Part shown: piece after piece, positions 29,065 through 37,437 of the stretch | How the letters are laid out: every line of letters begins with the position of its first letter | Numbering within the stretch: the first letter of the stretch is position 1 | Origin: an uncultured Acidobacteriia bacterium | GTDB lineage: Bacteria > Acidobacteriota > Terriglobia > Bryobacterales > Bryobacteraceae | Reading direction: 5' to 3' | Assembly (NCBI GenBank): GCA_903825445.1 | Contig: CAIKAS010000364.1 | Span: 26,298-90,297 of the forward strand | DNA: 64,000 nucleotides | Notes under the pieces: model-generated | Told to the model about the DNA's origin: nothing | Database searches by the model: none | Seen by the model: only the letters and a program-made list of their open reading frames with translations | Translations under genes and position numbers: made by a program

Positions 29065-29103
29065 GGGTTTTATTATAATGATCCTTCGAACTTAAGAAAT
29101 ATT

Positions 29104-30132
29104 GTGTCGAGCCAGATACTTTTCGAGCGTTATCTCGCCGCCACGATCCCCGACGAAGATCCGGAAACGATCCTCGAAACCCTCCTCATCGACTATGCCC
29201 CGCCGATATTGAGCCGCGTCGTGCGCAACCGGCTTGGTTTCCTTTACACCCCTGCTGACGCCGCCGAACTCTCTGGTGAGGCCATGCTGGAGCTGTTGCG
29301 GAGGCTCCGTTCCCTTCGCGAAAGGCACGAGCCCACTGAACTTCCGTTCGATGGTCTGGTGGGCGGCGTCGCTGCTAACACGGTTCACCGTTTCTTCGCT
29401 CGCCGTTACCCGGAGCGCAATCGTTTGCGCAAACGCCTGCGGTATATCGTTGAATCCAGCGACCGCTTTCAACTGTGGCGCGGCCCTGAAGGGACCAACA
29501 TCTGCGGCCTCGCCGGGAATCACAGGATTACGGAGGAGCCGCCGGCTCAGACTTCCGAGATCGAGCGTTGTCTCGAAAGCATGCGGAAACGGCCGGTGCA
29601 GACTCATCCCCTCGCCGCCCTGGTCTACGAAATTCTGCGTGGCCTCGGTCGTCCAATCGACCTTTCGCGACTCACTGCCATGGCTGCGGAGCTTTTGGGG
29701 ATTCGCGAGCCATCCTTCTCTTCCTCCGAGCATGCCGACGGAGAAACCCGCGTCTTCCCCACCGATCCGGCAATGTCCGCGCCATTGCGAATCGAGTTGC
29801 GGCAAAGACTGGAGAGCCTCTGGCGTGAAGTGTTGCTGCTCCCTCCGCAACACCGCACCGCCCTGCTGCTCAACGCCCGGGCCTCGACTGGGGCGGCGGT
29901 TTGCCTGATAGTGGATCTGGGCGTGGCCACCTTCAGGGAGGTCGCCACCTCACTCGCGATGACCGTTGACGAACTTGCAGAATTGTGGAACAGATTGCCG
30001 GTAGATGATAACGAAATTGGGGCCCGTCTGGGATTGCAACGACAGCAGGTTATTAATCTTCGATGCACCGCGCGGACCCGTCTCGCGCGCCGGGAGAGCG
30101 ACTCGATATTCCCGGGCAAAGGTAATAAGTGA
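29104..30132 (+). CDS. sigma-70 family (ECF-like) RNA polymerase sigma factor with extended sigma2-sigma4 linker
   Basis: ORF 28648..30132 overlaps the CHAT gene on the other strand. I chose the first in-frame start beyond it, GTG 29104. The sigma2-like part is LIDYAPPILSRVVRNRL...NTVHRFFARRYPERNRL. The sigma4 HTH is LPPQHRTALLL...IGARLGLQRQQVINLRCTARTRLAR. The start is uncertain. Confidence 0.6.
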   Translation: MSSQILFERYLAATIPDEDPETILETLLIDYAPPILSRVVRNRLGFLYTPADAAELSGEAMLELLRRLRSLRERHEPTELPFDGLVGGVAANTVHRFFARRYPERNRLRKRLRYIVESSDRFQLWRGPEGTNICGLAGNHRITEEPPAQTSEIERCLESMRKRPVQTHPLAALVYEILRGLGRPIDLSRLTAMAAELLGIREPSFSSSEHADGETRVFPTDPAMSAPLRIELRQRLESLWREVLLLPPQHRTALLLNARASTGAAVCLIVDLGVATFREVATSLAMTVDELAELWNRLPVDDNEIGARLGLQRQQVINLRCTARTRLARRESDSIFPGKGNK

Positions 30133-30164
30133 GGAAATCGGATCATGATAGACAGTAGAGGACA

Positions 30165-31310
30165 ATGGCGCATCTAACCTCCGCCCAGATGGCCCAATAC
30201 CTCGCCCGCACTTTGTCGCCCGCGGACGTTGCGGCCTTGCACTGTCATCTGGAAACATGCCTGGATTGCCGCCTCGCCCTCGAGGATGCCACTTTCGCGG
30301 GGATGCAGCCGGTCACGGCGCCCTTGCTCGTGCCCGGGGAGCTGAATGAAGTAACGGAGTCGCCACATCTTACAGAGGACGAGATGGTCGCGTATGTCTT
30401 GGGGAGCATGCAGGAATCCAGACGCGCCGATTCCTCGCGGCACGTCGCGAAATGTGAAATTTGCGGCGAGTCAGTTCGGGCTATGGAATCGCAACGGGAC
30501 TTCGTATCTGTTACGATGCCGAGAAAGAAAACATCCCGCTGGTTTCCGGTTGCCGCCTTGATCGCCGCAGCGTTGCTGATAGCCGCGGCGATCCGGTTTT
30601 CCTCCCCGCCCTCGGCCACCGCTCCGTCGCAGGCCGTGCTGGCGTCTCTGCGTGACGGAGGACAATCGATCGAACTGGATTCAGCCGGGAACCTGCGCGG
30701 ATTGGCCGATGCGTCTCCTGCGCAGAGAGATCTGGTCCGCGATATTCTGCGACAGAAGTCCCTTCCATCCGGCCCAAAGATGCAGCCTGAAGCACCGGGC
30801 GTCTTGCTCGCACCCGGCCCCGCGGCCAAAGCGGCTTTCTTACTGATCGGGCCGATCAATACACGCGTCCTCTCGGATCATCCCCTCTTCTCGTGGAGTT
30901 CGGCTCCGGGTGCCATCGGCTATCAGGTGATCGTCACCAGCGAGGCGCTGGATCCTCTGGCCCGCAGCGCCCGCATAACCAGCACGATGTGGCAATCCGA
31001 CGTGCAACTGCCGCGTGGCGCGCCTCTTCTCTGGCAGGTTCGCGCCTGGCTCGACGCCAAACATGGTGGCGAGATGATTAGCGTGCCCGCGCCTCCCGCC
31101 CCCGCAGCCAGATTTGAGATTGTAAACGCAGACGTAGCGGCCCAATTGGAGCAACTGCGCAGCGCGCCGAATGGCTCCCATCTGCTGGCTGCCGCCCTCT
31201 GCGCCCGGCAAGGCCTGCGCGACGAAGCTTCACGAGAACTTCAGCTTCTGGCCAACGAAAACCCCGGGTCACCTTTGGTCGGAAGCCTCCTGTCCACTCT
31301 GCCGCGCTAA
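30165..31310 (+). CDS. anti-sigma factor (zf-HC2 N-terminus, single TM, periplasmic C-terminal domain)
   Basis: 381-aa ORF 32 nt after the sigma gene. It has the HxxxCxxC motif LHCHLETCLDC, a TM segment WFPVAALIAAALLIAAAI and a ~240-aa extracytoplasmic domain. Confidence 0.7.
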   Translation: MAHLTSAQMAQYLARTLSPADVAALHCHLETCLDCRLALEDATFAGMQPVTAPLLVPGELNEVTESPHLTEDEMVAYVLGSMQESRRADSSRHVAKCEICGESVRAMESQRDFVSVTMPRKKTSRWFPVAALIAAALLIAAAIRFSSPPSATAPSQAVLASLRDGGQSIELDSAGNLRGLADASPAQRDLVRDILRQKSLPSGPKMQPEAPGVLLAPGPAAKAAFLLIGPINTRVLSDHPLFSWSSAPGAIGYQVIVTSEALDPLARSARITSTMWQSDVQLPRGAPLLWQVRAWLDAKHGGEMISVPAPPAPAARFEIVNADVAAQLEQLRSAPNGSHLLAAALCARQGLRDEASRELQLLANENPGSPLVGSLLSTLPR

Positions 31311-31341
31311 CCCGCAACGCCACGAATTCTCTCCGTGAGGG

Positions 31342-31370
31342 TTGACATCGCCTCCAATATACCCTATACT
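31342..31370 (+). promoter_or_regulatory. sigma70-type promoter candidate (TTGACA-17-TATACT)
   Basis: TTGACA at 31342..31347, a 17-bp spacer, then TATACT at 31365..31370. It would drive a ~245-nt leader before the ORF at 31622. Confidence 0.5.
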
Positions 31371-31621
31371 CGATCATGTTAGTAGACTTTAAGGCCAGTG
31401 TCACTTTGGGCACCTTGCGTTTGCCCGCTGGCCAGACCTCACGGGTTGCGGTCGAAATCAGTCTTGGGAGCCGTTATGTTCAAAGATGGAATTCACAACC
31501 CGCTCAGCAAAACCCCTTCCCCTCTGCACCGTTGTTGTCGCTAAACCCGCGTTGATGTTCGGCTTAGCGCGTCCGGCGAAAGCCAGTCGTCGTTTTTCGT
31601 TCTAAAAAAAGGGAAATAGTT

Positions 31622-32053
31622 ATGGCATGGGGAATGGAAAGAGATCTTATACCTGTAATTACGCGCCTCTCAAATCAGGCGAAGAGCATTGATGAGGCCG
31701 TGGAACTGCTCCAGGCGGTTCTTGCCGGAGAAATAGGCGGTGCCTTGGTTCTGCTCGAGCCTTTCGACGCAGGGTCGCCCCGGGTGGCAAAGGCCACTTC
31801 GGACTTCATGGAGTCGCGCCGGTTTCCGTTTCGCGGACTCTACACGGCGCCACTGGTAGTAGGCAAAGTCCAGGTCGGTAAGCTGATCGCATGCTTCGGA
31901 TCGTTCGGCGTGCCCGGAAAAGAACTCCCCACACTGACCACACACGTGGCAGAACAGCTGAGCGCCGTTCTCGCCCGGACGTGCCGTAATCGCTATACAG
32001 CTGCCGTCTCCTTCGCCACCCCACTGGCGGTGTTGCAACCGGAGGCAGCGTGA
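31622..32053 (+). CDS. small GAF-like domain protein (hypothetical)
   Basis: 143-aa ORF with an A-rich RBS region upstream. Its pattern (ALVLLEP...LYTAPLVVGKVQVGKLIACF...HVAEQLSAVLAR) resembles a GAF fold. Its stop overlaps the next start (GTGATG). Confidence 0.45.
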   Translation: MAWGMERDLIPVITRLSNQAKSIDEAVELLQAVLAGEIGGALVLLEPFDAGSPRVAKATSDFMESRRFPFRGLYTAPLVVGKVQVGKLIACFGSFGVPGKELPTLTTHVAEQLSAVLARTCRNRYTAAVSFATPLAVLQPEAA

Positions 32054-33066
32054 TGAGTGTCCAGGCCAAAAAAGGAATTTCTGTTTTCCCGCGCCTTCGG
32101 CACCGGCACGGCGGAGAGCGCGACCGCACAGTTCGGACTATTGCTGCGAATGCCGCGCTGTGGCCCGACGCCACCGCATTCGCTCTGCCTGACGACTCTC
32201 CGTCGCCCCATGATTCGAAACCGGCTGAGAATTCGCCCATCAAAGTTCTGCTTGTCAATGCACACCCGGACGACGAATCCGAGAGCGCCGGTGTTGTCTA
32301 CCGCATCTCGCACGAATTGGGAGGCACCGTCGATCAGGTCGTCATCACCAACGGCGAAGGCGGCTACCAGTACTCCGCGCCCGCCGAAGCATTTTACCGG
32401 CTCCCCTTGACCAATCCAACCGACGGCCGCCAGCTTCTCAGCCAGATTCGGCGCGAGGAGCTCATGCGCTCCAGCCGCATCCTTGGCATTCGCGATAACT
32501 ATTTTCTTGACCAGACCGATACAGGCGCCACTCTGCGTGCGGAAGACGCGTTCGACGTCTGGGATGTCGCACGGATCCGTCAGGAACTCCGCACTCTGCT
32601 GGAGTTCGGCGGCTACAACGTCATACTGCTGCTGCTTCCCACTGCGAAGACCCACGGGCACCATCAGACCGTGGCCGCAATTACCCTCGACGTCCTGAAT
32701 GACATGGCCCCGGAAGATCGCCCCGCTGCGGTCGGCGTGCAAACGACTTCTCCCGCCGAAGGTTTTTCTGAACTGGGCGGCTACGCTCTGACGCGCACCA
32801 CCAGCTCAACTCCCGCATGGCAGTTCGATCGCCGGACGCCTCTTGCCTGCCATCCAACTCTGGACTACAGCATCGTCGTGAACTGGGCCATCGCCGAGCA
32901 CAAAACGCAGGGGCTGTTCCAGTTGGAGAATGCTCGGCGAACTCACGAGCATTTCTGGCTGTTCAGTGCTTCCGGCGAAACAGGCGCCGCGAAGTGGAGC
33001 GAGTTCCTGAAGCTCCTGGAGCTCGGCACATCGGAAGTGCGCCTCGCGCAGGAATCCGTGGCCTAA
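32050..33066 (+). CDS. PIG-L family deacetylase (LmbE/MshB/BshB-like)
   Basis: 338-aa ORF with VLLVNAHPDDESESAG and VVITNGEGG, the PIG-L zinc-deacetylase signature, and a later HGHHQ. Confidence 0.8.
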   Translation: MMSVQAKKGISVFPRLRHRHGGERDRTVRTIAANAALWPDATAFALPDDSPSPHDSKPAENSPIKVLLVNAHPDDESESAGVVYRISHELGGTVDQVVITNGEGGYQYSAPAEAFYRLPLTNPTDGRQLLSQIRREELMRSSRILGIRDNYFLDQTDTGATLRAEDAFDVWDVARIRQELRTLLEFGGYNVILLLLPTAKTHGHHQTVAAITLDVLNDMAPEDRPAAVGVQTTSPAEGFSELGGYALTRTTSSTPAWQFDRRTPLACHPTLDYSIVVNWAIAEHKTQGLFQLENARRTHEHFWLFSASGETGAAKWSEFLKLLELGTSEVRLAQESVA

Positions 33067-33077
33067 CGGAAAATAAT

Positions 33078-33797
33078 ATGGAAGACCGAAAGATAAAACC
33101 GAAGCCGTTTCGGAACAGTTTGTCGACACTCGCGCAACTCGCATTGCAGGAAGCGGGCGCTATTGGCTATGCAATTTTCAAAAGGCTTCCGAATTCAACT
33201 GACATTCTCCGCCAGGATGCGTCTGGTGTGGCTATAGACGAGGCAGCTGTCCGGCAAGGTGCTGCAGGAGTGCTTCTGTGGCCGCTGGGGGCCGATGGAA
33301 TTCTGGCGTTCGTTTTTTCGGACGAGAGTAATGCCAGGCGCGCCCAACCGCAACTGGACCGCATTGCCAAAGCCATCGATTCAGTGTGGTCTGCCGCCCA
33401 CGCTGCAGCCCGTTATTCTGACCTCGCCAATCAGGTTGCCGACCTCGAAGCGAGCCTGATGGATTCCAGAATCGCCGATCGCGCACGCGGCTTCATCGGA
33501 AATCGCGAACATGCCGACGCACTCGATGCCATCGCCCGACATGTGGAAACCGTTCTGCGCCCCGCCTCAACAGCTCAGGTGCTGGAACAACGGTCGCGGG
33601 ATCTGGAAGAAGAAGTCGAAGAACGCCGCCTAACCAAACGGGCGAAAACCATTCTTCAGAATGTCCATGGAATGTCCGAAGAACAAGCGCACGCTCATCT
33701 GCGCCAAATCAGCCGTAAGACAAGACGAAAACTGAAAGACGTCGCTGTTGATCTTATTGCAGGAAATAAAACAAATTCATTGACTCACGCAGATTAA
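33078..33797 (+). CDS. GAF-like + ANTAR domain RNA-binding regulator
   Basis: ORF 32817..33797. I moved the start to ATG 33078, 11 nt after the PIG-L stop. The C-terminus RLTKRAKTILQNVHGMSEEQAHAHLRQISRKTRRKLKDVAVDLI is an ANTAR domain. The N-terminal half is GAF-like. Confidence 0.75.
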   Translation: MEDRKIKPKPFRNSLSTLAQLALQEAGAIGYAIFKRLPNSTDILRQDASGVAIDEAAVRQGAAGVLLWPLGADGILAFVFSDESNARRAQPQLDRIAKAIDSVWSAAHAAARYSDLANQVADLEASLMDSRIADRARGFIGNREHADALDAIARHVETVLRPASTAQVLEQRSRDLEEEVEERRLTKRAKTILQNVHGMSEEQAHAHLRQISRKTRRKLKDVAVDLIAGNKTNSLTHAD

Positions 33798-33982
33798 TCA
33801 TAGTAATCTAGATCAAAATACTAGAGTACGCCTCAACGGCATCTCTGTATATTTTCTAACTAGCCTCTCCTGTCCGCAGCCTGCGTTGACCCGAGAGGTT
33901 CCCATGACCGGAAGGCTCTCAGCGCAGCCTTAGTTTCGCCGCGACGCACCGAATCGAAATTCAGTGACATCGAGGGAAACCC

Positions 33983-36900
33983 ATGAAGTTTTTCATTACG
34001 GCAGTTCTATTCGCAAGCCTGGCTTTCGGACAAACATTCCAGGGAAGTCTGCGCGGCAGAATTCTCGACCAAAGCGGCAGTACCGAGCCATCCGCCAAAG
34101 TCACCATCACCGACGAAGCCACCCAGGTGAGCCGTTCCACTGTGACGAACGAGCAGGGAGAGTACGTGTTCAACTCCGTCATCCCTGCCACCTACTCGCT
34201 TGCCGTGGAAGCCCCTGGCTTCAAGAAATCCGAGCGAAAAGGGGTCGAGGTCGGCACCCATGAAGCTGTCGGTGTGGACGTCACCCTTCAACTCGGCCAG
34301 GTCACGGAATCCGTCAACGTGGTAGACGACGCTCCGCCACTCGAAACCGAGTCCGCTTCCACCGGTCAACAAATCACAACCCAGCAAATCGAAGATCTCC
34401 CCTCACTCGGGCGGAATTCGTTCTTCTTCGCCAAGCTCGCACAGTCGGTCGTCTTCGCCAACAATCCGGTGATGGGTCGCATGCAGGATCAAAACGCCAA
34501 CTCTCAGGTTTCGATCGCTGGCGGGCCCATCCGCACGAACAACGCGCTGGTCGATGGCATCTCCATCACCGATTCGAACAATCGCGCTGTATTCATTCCC
34601 TCGCCTGAAGCCGTGCAGGAAGTGAAACTGCAAGCCAACACCTACGATGCCGATGCGGGCCGCACCGGCGGCGGCACCTTCAACTCAACACTGAAATCCG
34701 GCACCAACGATCTGCATGGCAGCGCCGTAGGCCACATTCGCTTCACGGATCTGCTGGCCAACAATTATTTCTCCAACGCATCTGGCCAGGCAAGACCGAA
34801 CCAGCCCTTCAAAGACTGGGCCGCATCACTCGGCGGCCCTGTCGTCATCCCCAAAGTCTTCAACGGCCGTAACAAGCTCTTCTTCTTTGTTGCCACGGAG
34901 GCCTACCGCGAACTCGATCCCTCCAACACTTACAACCAGGTGCCCACTCTCGCCGAGCGCAACGGGGACTTCTCCCAGAGCCTTTATAGCAAGGGTGGCC
35001 AGCAGGTCATCTACGATCCGTTCAACACCAATGCCGCGGGAGCGCGCATCCCCTTCGCCGGAAACATCATTCCCTCCAGCCGTCTCAGTCCCATCGGTCT
35101 TGCACTCGCTTCCTACTACCCGAAGCCGAACACAGCCGTCCCGTACTATGGCTCGAACGACTATATCTACACAGGCGCATATCCGAACCGCGGCGATCAA
35201 TACACGAATAAGGCTGACGATCAGCTGACAAACTGGCTGCGCCTCTCCGGCTCCTACATTCACCAGAAGACCGGCGAAACTGACAACCCGTCTACGTTCG
35301 GCAACATCGCCTCACCCGGCCAGACGCTGCTCTTCCGCCGCATTGATGCCACTGCGGCCAATGCGACCGCAACCCTGAATCCCACCACCGTCCTCACGGT
35401 TCGCTGGGGCTTCAATCGCTTCTATTCCGCGACCTTCCCGACTGCCAGCGCGGGTTTCGATCTCACGACTCTGGGCTTCCCCTCGTCGCTTCAGGCGATC
35501 ACACCCGATACCGCTTTCCCCGCCATCACTACAAGCGACCTGACCAGCTACGGAGGCGGCTCCACAAACAGCGACATCTATTATTCCCGCACCTCCAGCG
35601 TGACTCTCGCCAAGTTCCTCGGCAAGCATAGTCTCAAAGCCGGCTTCGACTTCCGAACACTGCACGATTACGGCATCCCTGCCACCGGTCCCACGAGCCT
35701 GAGCTTCTCCCCAGTCTTCACACAGGCCAACGGAACCACCGCCACTCCCGGAACCGGCGCCAGCCTCGCCACCATGCTGCTGGGTTATCCCACTGGCGGC
35801 AGCATGACCGTAATCTCGCCCTTCGACGATTACCTTCGCTACTACGGCGGCTATGTTCAGGACGACTATCGCGTCACCTCGAAGCTCACCGTGAACTTCG
35901 GCCTTCGCCTCGAACACGAGTCCGGCATTCAGGAAGAGAACAACCACCTGATCAGTTCCTTCAGCCCCACCGCCGTGAATCCAGCCACAGCACTGGCAGG
36001 CATCGCCGTGAACGGAGCAGTTCAGTATGCGGGCGTCAATGGCAATCCAACACAAACCGGCAGTCCCTTGGCAGTCAAGTTCTCTCCGCGCGCTGGCTTT
36101 GCTTATTCGCTCGACAACAAGACGGTGGTCCGGGGCGGCTACGGCATCTACTGGGCGCCTTCGTTCTTCAGTTTTCAGAACACCGTCGGCTACTCACAGA
36201 CCACGTCCATCATCACCTCCACCAATGGCAACGTAACGCCCGCAGGGTCGCTCTCAAATCCCTACCCCAACGGGCTGCTCCAGCCGACGGGCAATACTCT
36301 CGGAGCCCTCTCCGGCATCGGTCAGGCCCTCACCGTATTCTCGCCAACTTCTGGTTCCGCCGGTTACGTGCAGGAATATTCCGTTGAACTGCAAAGACAA
36401 GCTCCCGCCGGAGTCGTACTCACCACGGGCTTCATCGGCTCTCATTCGCTGCATCTCAACGACAGCGGCCAGAATATCGATCAGCTCAACCCGTCGAACT
36501 TCTCACTCGGCAGCGCGGCATTGACGAAGGCCGTCACCAATCCGTTCTACGGAATTCCCAATGTGGGCGTCGGCTCTCTGGCCAACAAAACCGTCAGCGC
36601 GGAACAGCTGTTGCTGCCCTTCCCGCAATACACCTCGGTCGCGCTGAATAACAACGACGCGGGCCGCGCCATCTACTACTCCGTCTACATTCGCGGCCAG
36701 CGCAAGCTCGCCAAAGGCCTCACCCTGCTTGCCTCATACACCTGGTCACGCAATGAGACAGATGTCCTCGGCGTCAGCACCGCCGGCGCCTCCGGCATAA
36801 CGGGAATTTCCGGCGCGCAGAATGCCTACAACCTCGCCGCCGAGTGGAGCCTCGCAACGCAGGATGTACCCAACCGGTTTACATCGGCCATCACTTACCA

Positions 36901-37432
36901 GCTGCCGTTCGGACACGGCCAGCAATTCCTCGCCAATAGCCGCGCACTGGACGAAGTCGTCGGCGGCTGGCAGCTCAACGTCACCAGCATCATCCAGTCT
37001 GGCTTTCCGCTCGATGTCACACAAACCAACGCCAACAGCGTGATTGGCGCCAGCTACCAGCTCCCCAACGCCACCGGCATTGCGCCCGCCACCAGCGGTT
37101 CGACTGATTCCCGTCTTGGCGGCGCCAACGGCAGCACCGGCTGGCTCAATCCGGCGGCATTCTCGCAAGCTCCCGTACTGACGTTCGGCGATATCAGCCG
37201 CTTCCTCAACGTGCGCGGACCAGGGTTGTACAACTGGGACGCCTCGCTGTTCAAAACGTTCTCCGTCAAGGAAAAAGTGAAGGCCCAGTTCCGCGCCGAA
37301 GCGCTGAACTTGACCAACACTCCGCAGTTCGGCAATCCGAGTACTTCGATCAACAGCGCAACGTTTGGACAGATCACCACCGAAATCAATCACCCGAGAA
37401 TTGTGCAACTCGGCGTTCGAATCACTTTCTAA
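33983..37432 (+). CDS. TonB-dependent receptor with N-terminal carboxypeptidase-regulatory-like domain
   Basis: 1149-aa ORF with a signal peptide. The CarboxypepD_reg part is GSLRGRILDQSGSTEPSAKVTITDEATQVSRSTVTNEQGEYVFNSVIPATYSL. It also has a plug region and a long beta-barrel ending in the aromatic residue ...GVRITF. Confidence 0.85.
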   Translation: MKFFITAVLFASLAFGQTFQGSLRGRILDQSGSTEPSAKVTITDEATQVSRSTVTNEQGEYVFNSVIPATYSLAVEAPGFKKSERKGVEVGTHEAVGVDVTLQLGQVTESVNVVDDAPPLETESASTGQQITTQQIEDLPSLGRNSFFFAKLAQSVVFANNPVMGRMQDQNANSQVSIAGGPIRTNNALVDGISITDSNNRAVFIPSPEAVQEVKLQANTYDADAGRTGGGTFNSTLKSGTNDLHGSAVGHIRFTDLLANNYFSNASGQARPNQPFKDWAASLGGPVVIPKVFNGRNKLFFFVATEAYRELDPSNTYNQVPTLAERNGDFSQSLYSKGGQQVIYDPFNTNAAGARIPFAGNIIPSSRLSPIGLALASYYPKPNTAVPYYGSNDYIYTGAYPNRGDQYTNKADDQLTNWLRLSGSYIHQKTGETDNPSTFGNIASPGQTLLFRRIDATAANATATLNPTTVLTVRWGFNRFYSATFPTASAGFDLTTLGFPSSLQAITPDTAFPAITTSDLTSYGGGSTNSDIYYSRTSSVTLAKFLGKHSLKAGFDFRTLHDYGIPATGPTSLSFSPVFTQANGTTATPGTGASLATMLLGYPTGGSMTVISPFDDYLRYYGGYVQDDYRVTSKLTVNFGLRLEHESGIQEENNHLISSFSPTAVNPATALAGIAVNGAVQYAGVNGNPTQTGSPLAVKFSPRAGFAYSLDNKTVVRGGYGIYWAPSFFSFQNTVGYSQTTSIITSTNGNVTPAGSLSNPYPNGLLQPTGNTLGALSGIGQALTVFSPTSGSAGYVQEYSVELQRQAPAGVVLTTGFIGSHSLHLNDSGQNIDQLNPSNFSLGSAALTKAVTNPFYGIPNVGVGSLANKTVSAEQLLLPFPQYTSVALNNNDAGRAIYYSVYIRGQRKLAKGLTLLASYTWSRNETDVLGVSTAGASGITGISGAQNAYNLAAEWSLATQDVPNRFTSAITYQLPFGHGQQFLANSRALDEVVGGWQLNVTSIIQSGFPLDVTQTNANSVIGASYQLPNATGIAPATSGSTDSRLGGANGSTGWLNPAAFSQAPVLTFGDISRFLNVRGPGLYNWDASLFKTFSVKEKVKAQFRAEALNLTNTPQFGNPSTSINSATFGQITTEINHPRIVQLGVRITF

Positions 37433-37437
37433 GGACG

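Noticed and set aside
28648-29103. ATG-initiated 5' extension of the sigma-factor ORF
   Set aside because: The extension overlaps the well-supported CHAT gene head-on for ~420 nt and reads as junk (KVFHQELGVPRFFGGYHALAIRRQ...). I placed the true start beyond 29064.
33798-33982. ANTAR dual-hairpin target or promoter upstream of the TonB-dependent receptor
   Set aside because: I see only generic stems (CCTCTC...GAGAGG; AAGGCT-n8-AGCCTT). I could not identify hexaloops with the A1/G4 pattern or a convincing -35/-10 pair. It is left as something to scan computationally.
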